Assembly: GCA_002269645.1 (NCBI GenBank)
Contig: NIVC01001471.1
Coordinates: 186,001 to 250,000, forward strand
Direction: 5' to 3'
DNA from: Macrostomum lignano
Taxonomy: Eukaryota
DNA length: 64,000 nucleotides
Shown here: in pieces, positions 12,410 to 24,699 of the stretch
How positions within the stretch are numbered: the first letter of the stretch is position 1
Layout of the letters: every line of letters starts with the position of its first letter
Program-made: the position numbers and the translations under genes
Notes under the pieces: generated by a model
Databases searched by the model: none
The model's input: the letters and a program-made list of their open reading frames with translations, nothing else
Told to the model about the DNA's origin: nothing

Positions 12410-15400
12410 AGGTCTGTCTGTCTGTCTGTCTATCAGGTCTATCTGTCTCTCTCTGTCTGTCTGTCTGTCTGTCTAATCTGTCAAGTGTCCGTTTATATCG
12501 ACTGTCCGTGTCTATTTTCATAAATTTGTCTCTATTTAACACTATCTATCCGCCGGGTATATCTTTCTTATCAATATATCTACGTACATCTAGCGACATC
12601 ACGGATGGCCGAACTCCGGACCGAAGGCCACATTCGGCCAACAAAGTCTCTATCCGGCCCTCGGGTTCGTTTAAACTTCACATTTGCATTCCGGCTGGCT
12701 CAATGTTCAGCGCTCTTCTCTCTATCTAATCTCCTCTTTTCTCCTCTCCTCTCTCCTCTTCCATTGGCTGACCCTGATCTACATCCCATATAACAATTTA
12801 CCCACACACCACTCTAAACGTGCAAGATGCTCCCAATTCTCGTAGGCCGCAACGCAACAGCAGCCTACTAACCCCACCCCCCCCCCGCTCCAATCGGCCA
12901 GGTGGTGACTAGCGACTCGGCCTCGGAGAAGGAGAAGAAGAAAGTGATGTCCAAGCTGGAGGCCGCCATCAAAGATTTCAGATTCAACGTAGAAAAATAC
13001 AATCACGTGCGCAACGCATTCGAGGAGGGCATGCGCAAGTCGTGCGCCTATTTCGAAGATACCGAAGTTCGCCACCTCGAAGCCATGCTGGGCTTCGTTG
13101 GCCGCTTTGCCCAGCCGCTGGGCTCGGCCGGGCATCAGCTGACTGAAGCCCAGGCCGCCGTTGACAGGCAGCTGGAGGCGACGCACTCGGTTGATCGCCT
13201 GCTGGCTCTGTTTGTTGAACGAACTCGAACTGGTGGCTCGGTGCCTCGGCCAATCAGCGACAGCAGCGACCAGTTCCTTGACTTCAGCGCTCCGCTGCCA
13301 GACGGTGCTGCAGCAGCAGGCGGTGGCGGCGGCCTGACAGCGGGCGGTGGCAATGTGTATTCGACAGGCTCGCAGCTGTCAATAGACCGGCTGTCGCATC
13401 ATTCCGCTTCGATTAGCGGCGGCGGCGGCGCAGCGTCGGTTCGTCAGTCGGCCGAGCTCGACCTGATGTCGATGGAGCCGGTGTCGCCGCCGCAGCCGTC
13501 CTTGGCGATGTCCGCCGCTTCGGGTGGCTGGTCCGCCGGCGCGTCGTCAATCAGCGAGCAGCAGCCGCGAGACAACGCGACGGCAGGCGGCGGTGGCGGC
13601 GGCAAAGCGAAGCGCGGCGGCATTATTGGCAATATTCTCAATCACGGTCGGCGGTCTAGGAATCGAGGTGAATCATTGAGTGGCCACCAGCCGGGGTTTT
13701 AGAAATCGTTCTAATGCTCAGAACTGATGTACTTAAACCAAGTGATTTTAGTGGCATCAAAACTGACGCGAGGCAGGTCAATTGCCAAATCCCAAGCACT
13801 GCCCAACAACTCAAAAACAACTCACTGGTGACTCTAGCGACTCTGGGGCAACTCGTGTGACTTTTTAACGACACAAACGACTGTAAATATGACGGAGATG
13901 CGACTTTTAATTCAGGAGCGCATCACGTGATACAAGAGTCGCAAAAAGAGTCGTCCAAGAGTCGTTTTGTCTTAGCGCTTCGAGTAGACTCAATAGAGTT
14001 GTTATAAATGCAATTCTAATTCATAAAGCGATGCAGAGGCGCTTTAGATCCGCAACTATAGCGCGGCTCAGATACGACTCTACGGCCCCTAGAGTACATC
14101 CTGTGGTCGCGTGATAATCCTTAGCCAATTGTTTAATATCATCTCGCACTTTGTAAATTGAATTGGTGCGTTCTACAAACCTCGCAGACGCCAGCAGCTC
14201 CGTTGTGTCCAGCGGAAGCGGCGGCGGCACAGGACCAGCGGCAGCCCCAGCCGAGACGCTGCTGTCGGGCTCGACGAACGCGCCGGAGCCGCGAGTAGAC
14301 GCAGAAGGCTTCACCATTCGCGATGACGAGGATCACCCGTGGCGGAAGAAGAATAATAAAAGCAGCAGCAGCTCTTCTGGTTCGGACTCGGACTCAGATC
14401 AGGAGAAGAAAATCGATGTGAGCTGTGCAAGGATTGATGACTATCGTGTTTAAGAGGGGGCAGAGTGACACTAAGAGTGACAAGTGGGGGGTAGCGTTTG
14501 GAGTGACATATCGGCGAAAGTGACGAATGCTGTGACGGTGAGTGATAAATCGGGAGTGACGGTGAGAGTGATAAATCGGGAGTGACGGTGAGAGTGATAA
14601 ATCGGGAGTGACGGTGAGAGTGATAAATCGGGAGTGACGGTGAGAGTGATAAATCGGGAGTGACGGTGAGAGTGATAAATCGGGAGTGACGGTGAGAGTG
14701 ATAAATCGGGAGTGACGGTGAGAGTGATAAATCGGGAGTGACGGTGAGAGTGATAAATCGGGAGTGACGGTGAGAGTGATAATTTCTCACTAATTTCCAG
14801 GTGCGAATCACCGAAGAGAAGAAGCCGGTGGCCAACGCAGACGAGATCGAGCGGGTTGCAAATTCCATTAAGCTTTTCGGCCCCAGCCCAACTGCCGCCA
14901 TGTTCCGGCCCGCCTCCAGAGCCGGGGTCGGCGGCGGCGGCTCTTCGATTACGGCCTCGTCGACCGACTTGAATGGCGGCGTTGAGCGGCCGCCGTCTCG
15001 GGCGCGGCCGCGGCCAAAAACGCCCGACTGGAGTCGCGGCTTTGGCGTCAGCGGCGGAGGGGGCTTTCAACAGCAGCGTCAGCGGCGTCAGTCTGTTGAC
15101 CCGTTCGACTTTGGCGCCGCCTTTGGTGGCTCTCAGCAGCAGCAGCAGCAGAAAGATCAGGAGCAGCAGCCACCGCCAATGCCTTCCATGCCGCCGCCGC
15201 TTCCGCCGCCTTCGGAGCAGCCAAATGCCTCCTCATCTTCGCCGCCGTCGCAGCCTCAACCTTCGCTTCCACCGCCGCCGCCTCCATCGGGTTCGGCGCC
15301 GTCGCCGGCTTCGCCAGCGCGTCCACTGGACCATCGGGGCGACCGGGAGGCTGCGCCACTCAACGCCCTCCTGACTGAGACCATCCACTGCCGCTGGTCC

Positions 15401-17971
15401 GGCGAGCAGTGCAAGTTCCGGGTGCAGGGCAGCCTGACCCTGTCCTTCCCGGCTACTCAGCTGCTGTCCAGACTGTCGCAGCCGCTGCCCGGTTTGCTGT
15501 TTCGCCTGTGCGACACCGGCCTGCTTGGCCAGCACAGGTCATCCAGCCGGCTTGTTAAAGAGTGAGAGGCTGGCTAGCTTTGTCGTGAAGTCTTGATATC
15601 ATTATCTTACTCATTAGCTCGTGAACTCTCACGTTGACAGGCTTCGACTCACCCACGAAGTCACGTTTGAAGTCACTTACTGATGCAGTCACTTACTCGT
15701 GGAGTCCCTCACTCATTGGAGTCATTCACTTATGTAGTCACTCACTGATAGTCACACACTCATTAAGTCATTCACTGATGAAGTCATTCACCGATGAAAT
15801 CACTCACTCATAAAGTCATTAACTCATAAAGTCATTCACTCATTAAGTCACTCACTCACGGTGTCGCTTACTGATAAAGTCTCATAGTCATTCACTCATG
15901 TAGTCACTCTCTGATAAAGTCACACACTCAAAGTCATTCACTGATGAAGTCATTCACCGATGAAATCACTTACTCATAAATTCACTCACTCATAAAGTCA
16001 TTAACTCATAGTCACTCACTCATAAAGTCATTAACTCATAGTCACTCACTCATAAAGTCATTAACTCATAGTCACTCACTCATAAAGTCATTAACTCATA
16101 GTCACTCACTCATAAAGTCATTAACTCATAGTCACTCACTCATAAAGTCATTAACTCATAGTCACTCACTCATAAAGTCATTAACTCATAGTCACTCACT
16201 CATAAAGTCATTAACTCATAGTCACTCACTCATAAAGTCATTAACTCATGAAGTAATTCACTGATGAAATCACTCACTTAAAAAAAATTACTCACTCATG
16301 AAGTCACTCACTCGCTCGCGCTCCGTGGCGCTCCACCTCAGGGAGTTCCCCGAGTCCAACGGTCTCCAGCTCACCATAGACCCGGCCGCCCTCGCCGACG
16401 AGCTGAAACGGCTGGCCAGAGAGCGGCCCGGCATCCAGTTCCTGAGCATGGAGGTGCTCACTTACGATCTGCAGTTGCCAATAGTCACACCAGGGCCCGT
16501 GTTTATCCGGGCCTGCTGGAACTGCGAACAGGAGCATACGGACCTGCGGGTGGAGATTAGCAGGCACCCAACATCGTCTCTGCTTGTCGGGAAAGTGTCC
16601 GTCTCCGTGAGTTATCTACTCGAAAATTTCGGTGTTACAATTTAAGACCAAGTCTAAAATAGAGTAAAGTCAAATTTGTACAAAGTTAAATTTGTAGGCT
16701 CATGGCCTTTCTTGATCTTTTTACGATCATGACCTCAATGAATGAACTTTGTGTGGTTACGAACTCAGTGAATCTACTTTTTAGGGTCATGGTCTTAGTA
16801 GGTCTTATTTATAAGTTCATGACCTTATTGAGTCTACTTTGTAGGATCATGACCTCTATTAATGGGTTTTGTAGGGTCACGACCTCAATTAATGGATTTT
16901 GTAGGGTCATGACCTCTGTTAATGGGTTTTTTAGGGTCATGACCTCTGTTAATGGGTTTTTTAGGGTCATGACCTCAATTAATGGGTTTTATTGGGTCAT
17001 GACCTCTATTAATGGGTTTTGTAGGGTCATGACCTCTATTAATGGGTTTTGTAGGGTCATGACCTCTATTAATGGGTTTTGTAGGGTCATGACCTCTATT
17101 AATGGGTTTTATTGGGTCATGACCTCTATTAATGGGTTTTGTAGGGTCATGACCTCAATTAATGGGTTTTATTGGGTCATGACCTCAATTAATGGGTTTT
17201 ATTGGGTCATGACCTCTATTAATGGGTTTTGTAGGGTCATGACCTCAGTTAATGAGTTTTTTAGGGCCATGAACTCTATTAATGGGTTTTGTAGGGTCAT
17301 GACCTCAATTAATGGGTTTCGTAGGGTCATGACCTCAAAGAATCAACTTGGTAAGGTCATGACCTCAAAGAATCAACTTGGTAAGGTCAATGACCTCAAT
17401 GAATCAACCTGGTAAGGTCAATGACCTCAATGAATCAACCTGGTAAGGTCAATGACCTCAATGAATCAACCTGGTAAGGTCATGACCTCAATGAATCAGC
17501 TTAGTAAGGTTATGACATCAATAAATGGATTTTTTATAGTCGTGACGTCACTGAGTCTAATTTACAGGGTCATAACCTAAACAAGCGTACATAAGGTGTC
17601 AGGACCATGATCATAAATGCACAATGTCCCCTCTGAACAAATGAAACGACCGCCAGGCCGAGGTCTCTGGCGGCGTCCTTGACATGCAGTCCCTGCCGGC
17701 CGGTCGCTGGCTGTCAGACACCCGCCTAGCCATCTGGGAGGTGGCTGTCCCGGCCAATCCGGCCGACAAGACGGTGGTGAAAGCGAAATTCCTGCTGGGC
17801 TCCGGGCCTACGGTGCCCAGCCTAGTCCGGGTGCAGTTCATGCTGGACAACAGCAGCTTCTCAGACTGCAGCTTCGCCCTGATCGGTGCCAACTACAGGC
17901 TGGATGTCAATAAGCGCAGGATCGTCAGCGGCCAGTACAGCGCTGAGCCTAGCGCAGTGGCACCCCTGTGA
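11635..17971 (+). CDS. FCHO: F-BAR domain only protein (FCHO1/2-like endocytic adaptor); join(11635..12129,12902..13667,14188..14417,14801..15537,16342..16606,17657..17971), 935 aa
   Basis: N-terminus FVANYWGEKHNGFDALY matches the FCHO F-BAR start, followed by a low-complexity linker. The C-terminal mu-homology domain reads CWNCEQEHTDLRVE..KAKFLLGSGPTVPSLVRVQF..GANYRLDVNKRRIVSGQY. All five introns are GT-AG with consistent phases; total 2808 nt. Confidence 0.93.
12133..12485. repeat. (CTGT)n/(CCTG)n microsatellite in FCHO intron 1
   Basis: Direct reading; begins right after the donor site at 12130. Confidence 0.95.
14532..14781. repeat. 26-bp minisatellite (GTGATAAATCGGGAGTGACGGTGAGA) in FCHO intron 3
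   Basis: About 9.5 essentially perfect copies. Confidence 0.95.
15640..16310. repeat. TCAC-rich repeat with a clean 30-bp array (CACTCACTCATAAAGTCATTAACTCATAGT, ~15985-16250) in FCHO intron 4
   Basis: Direct reading. Confidence 0.9.
16700..17580. repeat. 30-bp minisatellite (CATGACCTCTATTAATGGGTTTTGTAGGGT) with diverged flanking units in FCHO intron 5
   Basis: Direct reading; 10-aa periodicity in the spurious ORF 16702..17415. Confidence 0.95.
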
Positions 17972-18936
17972 GGTCGGTTATAAATAACTATTATAATCAG
18001 AATAATTGCAAAGCGACATTCATACACCTGCGCGTCTGTCACACAAGCTGTTTCCGTATTGTTTTTAGTGATTGGATTTATTAAAATAAAAAAAGATTTA
18101 TGCAATATTAATCAATATTCCGCAGATACTATACTTAGCTGACTTTTAACGCAGCAAACTGGAATAATGAAATAAGTTATGAAGATCCATCCATATGTTA
18201 TAGTATCGGTGTGGATTGCGGCATCCTGTATTCCAGTTGTACTAATACAGTACCTAGGAATTATGTACGTGTACAATAGTTTTCTAATGCATACAAATTC
18301 TCATTATATTAACCAACTAATGTGAGTACCCTGTTTCTAATGTAATTGTCCTGGTCACTTGTTCTAGTTAAGTTATTATCGATACATATCGTCGGATGGG
18401 AAATATTACAGCTAATTATGCTCACTAACATAAAAATTCAAACGATGGATCAAACTGACGCAATGAGCTTCTTCATCAGTAGCCAGACTCCCCTTAAGAC
18501 AATGCCTCTCTGTCCGAGTCAATTTTGTGATAATTCTGCATGCCGAGCAATATGAACGAGAGTATTTATAATTCATATTTGATTGCTATGATAAAAGATT
18601 AACCGATGGTCAATATTGCCTGTTGGTAATTGCTTGTTTGTTCTCTGTATTTTTTACTATGTACTGTTTTGCTATGCATCAATACAGATTGTTACTATTT
18701 ACTAATGCTATGAATTATCCTTTTTATTATTAATTATACTAATACAAGGCGCTAACGCATGCCTTTTTGTTGAATGCTCTGTGAAATATGGATTTGCATA
18801 TTATTATGCGGTATTCGACGATGAGTTATTGATTTGTTAATCTTCTTACGCTCGTATTTAGCTGATGACCGGCCTTCTTTGCTTTTGCTGTCGATTCATC
18901 ATATAGGCTATAAACATGTTAGCAGTAGTAGTAGTA

Positions 18937-19510
18937 TCCTGATGGCCCTCGAACAAGGCCCCTCGGGGAAGCCACTGCCACCGGAGACGCCTGCTGGCAA
19001 CTCCTGGCCAACAGCAGCACCGCCGTTACCTTCATTTGGGTGCCAGGCCACGCAGGAATTGACGGCAACAACGCAGCAGACACCGCCGCGGCCGAGGCAG
19101 CCATCAGCCTTCAGACAGCACGCACCGCCATCCGCCGAGACCGTCGCGCCCTTGACGCTCAGGTCCTGGGCCCTTCACTTCGCCCGACCGAGTCAGGCCG
19201 CAGCAGGGAGGAGTTCGTCGCCACGAACCAGCTCCGTGCTGGCGTCAGCACCCTCTCATCCGCGCCCGCATCGGCCTCCAGGAATCCGACGCCTGCCCCG
19301 ACTGCGGCGCCCCGGATACCGTTGACCACCTCGTTCGCCGCTGTCCCCGAGGGGACGCCGCTCGCCTCCGCCTGTTCGGCAGCGACGACCCGTTGGAGGA
19401 TCAGCACGGTCGCCTCTGCCCTCCTTCGCAGCATGGGGCGTTGGCCCCCGCCTCTCTTAGCACCGCAGTACTAACGGCGAGCCGAGTAGAAGAAGTAGTA
19501 GTAGTAGCAA
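18937..19510 (+). mobile_element. 5'-truncated non-LTR retrotransposon 3' end (RNase H plus CCHC zinc knuckle)
   Basis: FIWVPGHAGIDGNNAADTAA (RNase H), then after a frameshift near 19253 ACPDCGAPDTVDHLVRRCP (C-x2-C-x7-H-x4-C); (TAG)n tracts at both ends. Confidence 0.85.
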
Positions 19511-20338
19511 TAGACTCGCTAGCAGTCAGGTTCAGGACGCGCAGGTCGTCAAAAAAGTGTCAATGAAGGTCATAGTGCCAGCTTGTCCTCGGTGAAATTC
19601 CTCCTGAGGTGGGTTGGCAACTACGGCTGTCATCGGCTTTGGCTTCTCCCCGTCCCGTGCTTCTGAGCGCGTGTCTGAGGGCGTCGCTAAGGGGTGGCCC
19701 CCGGTGTTGGCTTTGCAATCTCCGTGCGCTTGCAGTCTCCGGCCGGAGATCGCAAGACAAATATGTTACTCTGCTTTGCGATCTCCAGCCTTGCGTTTCC
19801 CCTGATTTGAGATCTCCGGGGGTAAAAATGTACATGAGTGGTGTACAGCCACGGGGCTAAAACTCTGCCAAATAATTATTGGTTGCAGGGACTCACGGCC
19901 ATATGTGCAAACAGCTAACATTTATGTGTACTTAGCAGGGTGAGCTCTAGCTGAATTGTCAGTGTAATTGCGCAATGTACTCGTATACTTTATTCTCTGA
20001 TGCTCAGTGTATTTTGAATTTTTAGTTAGGAACTTAGAAGGCTGCAAATGTGACTGAGGTACTTGTATTTTCAAGTGGAGACAGACATGGCAAAGGCGAC
20101 TTTAAACCAAGTGTTATTTTATTCATTGAACAACGAGTACGTCGAAATTCCCTGAGACTTGCCGGCCAAAGTGAACGACAATTTGAAGCCCAAAATTCGA
20201 AAAATAAGTAAAGCCCTTTTCTTCCAAGACGGTCAATTGTTCTACAAAGTGAGAACCAGAACTGCAGCAAGAAAAGGCGCCCAGAACAGCCGCGGCGTAC
20301 GCTTTTTACGAAGGGTGAAGTCAGGGAAAAGATCAAAA

Positions 20339-21394
20339 TGTAGTGATCCGCTAGTTGATGTTAGGCGTCCCACCTTGTCAGCAGTCTCCCTCGCCCTTGC
20401 CCTGGGTTGCTGTCTGCCGCTGGTCAGCTTCCCGCCCCCCTTGGCCCGTCTGTTGCTGCCCTTGGCCTGTTCTGCCCTTCTGCGTCTCTGTTCTCAGCCC
20501 TTGGCTTCTCTGCTGTGGGCTGTCTCTGTTTCGTTCCCGTCCCGTTTTCCTCTGTCATGTGAGCAAGTCACATGACAGACTCTGCGTTCTTCGAGTCCTA
20601 AAGTGCAGTAAACATGTTTACTGCACTCGTTGGCCCTGTTTACCGGGAGAATCACGTGCTTTCGGACCCCTCCCTTCTCTAAGGAGAGGAGTGACTCATG
20701 TTGCTAAAAATAGCAACTGAGTCACAGCCGCGTGTACTCTGGCCGGAGACCTCAAGTGACGTCAGTTCTAAAAATAGAACGAGTCACGAGGTCTTCCGCA
20801 CGCTTGTACCCTGCCCAAGACCCTCAAGTGACGTCAGTTCTAAAAATAGAACAAGTCACGAGGTCTTGTGCGTGGGTGTTTCCCGGCTATAAATAGGACC
20901 CCTCTCCCCTTGTTTCCGTCAAGGAGGCTTCTTATCTGCGGAGAATTCACTAAGATCCCGTGTGCGTCAGTGTCTAACTAAGTGCCCTTTGCGTACTGAA
21001 TCCGTTTGTACTGGTCTGACTGAGACCCCACTAAAGCCCAAGCCTAAGGGAGGCTAACACTGCCTTCCCAGCCACCCCTGAGCCCGGCGGGGATCTGCTG
21101 ATCAAGACGCCTTGTTCATTAATCTGCAAATCTGCACGCTGTGCTGAGTTCGTTGACTTGTTTATTTCGTTCCGACGGGAAGCTCACCTCATCGAGGGCC
21201 GAGACCTGAAGGAACTGGTGGCAGCACTACCTACGCTACTGAGAGTTGAGAGAACTTCCCACGAAGAAGAGGCCGAGGTTTAAGGTAATCCGCAAGGGCC
21301 TAATCCGGGAAGCAAACACCATTCCACTTCATTGGTGGCAGCGGTGGGATTCAAAGACCTACCAGGCCACCCCAAGAAAACCCAAAGTACTTCA
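20339..21394 (+). mobile_element. LTR (20339-21331, TG..CA) plus tRNA-Leu-type primer-binding site plus a short tail, inserted with a 4-bp AAAA TSD
   Basis: Starts TGTAGTG and ends CACTTCA at 21331. TGGTGGCAGCGGTGGGATTC at 21333-21352 is complementary to a tRNA-Leu 3' end. TATAAATA at 20888. AAAA at 20335-20338 and 21395-21398; removing the insert restores the integrase frame. Confidence 0.8.
20690..20895 (+). promoter_or_regulatory. LTR U3 enhancer/promoter: AP-1-like TGACTCA/TGAGTCA pair, duplicated 45-bp block with CRE (TGACGTCA), TATA box
   Basis: 45-bp block at 20751-20795 and 20823-20867 (one mismatch); TATAAATA at 20888-20895. Confidence 0.6.
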
Positions 21395-22188
21395 AAAACA
21401 CTGCACGTCGAGTCATGTCACATGGGAATAAAGAGCACCGGCCATTGGCCTCTTTACCGCGCGATTCTACGGCGATGTGCCTGTTGAACACCAATTGTAG
21501 AGTCGGTAGTAAAGTGATGCAAAAGGTGAGAATAGATGTGAGAAGACTAACAAGAAGTTCACCAGCAAACAGCGTGAAATACATCCGATTGAGGTGCCTA
21601 CTGACGCTCAACGATTGTCCGGCTTCCTCTGCTTGGATTGCGTTACAATGCCGACCACAACTGAGAGGGAGCTCGTTGTATCCTGACTATATGTTGCAAA
21701 TTCACGAAATTTTCAGATTTTCGCGGCCGATACCAAATGTACGAGCCGGCACGATCGCTCGAGAACCGAAGAGTCTGTTTGGCCTTTTTGGCTGGCCTCG
21801 CATTCTTCTGAGTGATCAAGGCAGGGAATTCTGCAACTCCATCATCGAGGCTGTGCTACAGGAGGGCGGTACGGAAAGTCGAGTAACGAGTGCTTACCAT
21901 CCTCCACAGACCATATAGAATATAGACTGCGAATTTCGGGGGCCTGCCCAGGCGCGTTGTGGGACAAAAAAGCAACAACAAAAATGGTCCTTCCCCCAAA
22001 GCCTCAACTTCGATCGATATGTGGGACAAAAAATGGGCAAGTGCAAGTTTTTCAAGCGGGCCAGTGCTTGAAATTTACTTATTATAAAGAGTTTTAAAAC
22101 CCCAGGGAGGCAAAATAAATATTTCCTTGCAAAAATATCCCGCAAAAACCCAATTACCAATCATTCTTATCCATGCAGCCAGCTTCTA

Positions 22189-22400
22189 GTGTATCAAGAA
22201 AAGAGAAAAGCGCCAGAAAGTGTGGCAACTATTGCTGTGCTCAGGGCGCTGAACAAGAAGCACCAGCGACTGAGGGTGCGGTCGAAGTCACTGACTAAAA
22301 TTGTGAAAGTGCTGCAGGCAAAGAATATTGTGGACGAAGCTGCAGCATCCCGTCTGCAGTTTCTGCATTCATTTTTGAGCTGTCTTGTTGATCAATTTTT
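22189..22400 (+). mobile_element. Possible P-element-like transposase fragment (coiled-coil region) inside the Ginger element
   Basis: KKHQRLRVRSKSLTKIVKVLQAKNIVDEAAASRL resembles the P/THAP9 leucine-zipper region; recognition is by eye only. Confidence 0.3.
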
Positions 22401-23689
22401 CTTAATCTGTGAGAGCTTGGACTTTGAAGGACATTTCGGGGTTAGCAGCTTAAATTTAATTACTTTTTATGTACTTGATTTTCGTGGCGTTTTATGTGAA
22501 AAATAGGAAAAATGTATCTCAATTGCATGTGTCCAATAGGAGCACAATGGAAAAGAGGCCCGCCCTGTACCACATCGATCGAGCTGGGGTGGGTGAGAGG
22601 GATATGGCCCACTTTTTTCTTCACTTTACTGGTCATATTCCAAATGGTCTGTGATCGGCACCTGGACGCAATCCAACTTGCTTACAACAGCAGACGCAAT
22701 TCGACAACTCTGGCTTCGCCTTTCAGAGCTGTTTTTGGTTTTGACCTGTTTTTTGGCTTTTTTGGCTGGCTTTCGGCCAGAATCAAAATTGCCCAGCAGC
22801 GAATGCGGGAACGTCACTCGAGGATTGCCAAAGAAGTGGAGACAATCAAACCTGGCATGCTTGTTAGACTTCCCAATTTACCGTCGCGATGATCGAAAAG
22901 GCGGAAAACTTCTGTCCACTTGGAGCGACTGCACGCACTCAGTGCGCAGATTCGTGAGGCGAAACGTCTACCAATTGGCTGGCCTACCCTAAAGCGCTGG
23001 TGTCAATGGAGTACATCTGAAGCGATGCAGGACGCAGGCCGAACCTTATACTCGTAATCAAAGTGCTTCCCCAATATTCTGGTGACTTTAACTAATTGAA
23101 CTAACTAATTAATTTACCTAACTACTACCTAACTACTACTAACTACATGTAACTACGCTCGTAATTTAACTAATTGATTGAAAATACCAACAACAATTGC
23201 GTCTTAGAATTTTTGACAATTTGGTAGTTATTGCTTCTTTGCCTTGAACATATTAAATTGAAAAATCGTTCTTTGACCCGGACTTCAAATTCCGGATATC
23301 GCAAAGCAAGCCTTAGTTTTTCGGCCGGATATTTCAACCTGCTTGTGACTTCCGGGGGAGACTGCAAGTCTCGGAGAACGCAAAGCAGCTTGAGATATCC
23401 GGACCGGATACTTAAAGATGCTTGCAATATCCGGGGGGAGATCAGAAAGTACTTGTACTATCTGGGCGGACAAAAAAAGACACGGATATCCGAAAGTATA
23501 ACACCGGTTTTCGGCGACATCTGGAGCCAGAGTTGTCAAGCTCGGGTTCTTGTCAAGGACCACAGTATATACATGTAACTGTTATATACAGTGGTCCTTG
23601 GTTCCAGTTTGCTTCCGGTGTTGTTAAATCGCATTGAGACCGGCCAACCCCGTTATTCTAAAGCCTGAGCAAGCTAAAGGTGTGACACT

Positions 23690-23810
23690 GGAAAAGTCAG
23701 TGTTGCATTCTTATTGGCTGAGAACATGGAAGGTGAAATCCCAGATGCTATAAAATGGCTGTAGCAGTCGCCTCCTCCTGCTCAGCAAGTTCTCCGAATC
23801 TGAAGCAAAG
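23690..23810 (+). promoter_or_regulatory. Putative promoter of lectin copy 1 (inverted CCAAT at 23713, TATAAAA at 23749); homologous block upstream of copy at 43404
   Basis: Motifs read directly; sequence aligns with 43281-43403. Confidence 0.55.
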
Positions 23811-24699
23811 ATGTCGACTCTGAGGGCGCTCCTCCTCGCCCTGCTGAGCCTCGCCTGCCTGCGCAGCCTGCAGTCCTGCCAGCCGCCCTACCAGTCCGTG
23901 TCCGGCTTCTGCCTGCTCGTGAACACCACAGCCGCAGTCGGCTGGTGCCAGGCGGCTCGTCTGTGCCAGGCCGTCGGAGGCGAGCTGGTGATGGAGCCGG
24001 CCGCCATCCGGGCAGCTGCGCAGTTCGCCACGGGCTCGGTGATGCTGTGGGTCGGCGTCACCGACATGCTGGAGGAGCGGTTCACCAGCAGGTGAGGCAA
24101 TCAGCATCGAGTATTTCTGCACAGAGCAAATTTGATGCCACCTTTTGCTAAACAAAGAACTTCAAAAATCTCATCCGATGCTCATTAATTAGCCTTCGAT
24201 AAGTACAGATGCTGATTATCTAGATAATATCAGGAGGGTCTCACTGAACTGCTATTTTCATCTTCTCAGGAGCGGCTGGCGCATGGCAAATGGAAGCGAG
24301 TTTGTTGCCCCAAACTCGGACTGGGCATTTGGCTGCCCAAACAACATAGACAGCTCGGATGACCTGCTGGCGCTATTGAGTGGTGCTTTGTGCGACTTGC
24401 GGGAATTTTTCCAAGTCGGCTTCGTCTGCCAGCCCGTGGCGACGCCGAACAGCGGAACCTTCCGTCGGACCAGCTTCCTGCAGCTGGGTGACATCACGCC
24501 CTACTACTGCTACACGGAGGTGCAGTCGGTGCAGCGCAGGCTGCTCTGCGTTCGCCAGTGCGCTGCCCGCTGGGAGTGTCGGGCGGCTCTGTTCAACCGG
24601 GCCGAGTCTCGCTGCCGCATGCTGGACTTCGCCGACGCGAGCGCGGGCGACGCCATCGAGAAGAGCGGCGCTTGGGAGAAGTTCGTCAAGGTCTACTGA
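23811..24699 (+). CDS. Secreted C-type lectin domain + PAN/apple domain protein, copy 1; join(23811..24091,24270..24699), 236 aa
   Basis: Signal-peptide-like start, CQPPYQSVSGFC, WCQAARLC, LWVGVTD, WRMANG, GFVC (CTLD pattern), then a CY..CVRQC..WECRAALFN..C PAN-type cysteine pattern; phase-2 GT-AG intron. Confidence 0.88.

Larger units (their letters stand above)
20100..22992 (+). mobile_element. Decayed Ginger/GIN1-type integrase, split by two insertions
   Basis: KIRKISKALFFQDGQLFYK, EKIK|TLHVESCHMGIKST (HHCC domain), EIHPIEVP, FGWPRILLSDQGREFCNS..TSAYHPPQT (core), HLDAIQLAYN..SPFRAVFG, RKGGKLL; multiple stops and frameshifts. Confidence 0.75.

Noticed and set aside
12130-12729. C-terminal extension of the 364-aa ORF (CLSV repeats)
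   Set aside because: It is read-through into the (CTGT)n intron; homology resumes at the acceptor before 12902.
16702-17415. 237-aa ORF with VMTSINGFCR repeats
   Set aside because: It is the translation of a 30-bp intronic minisatellite inside FCHO.
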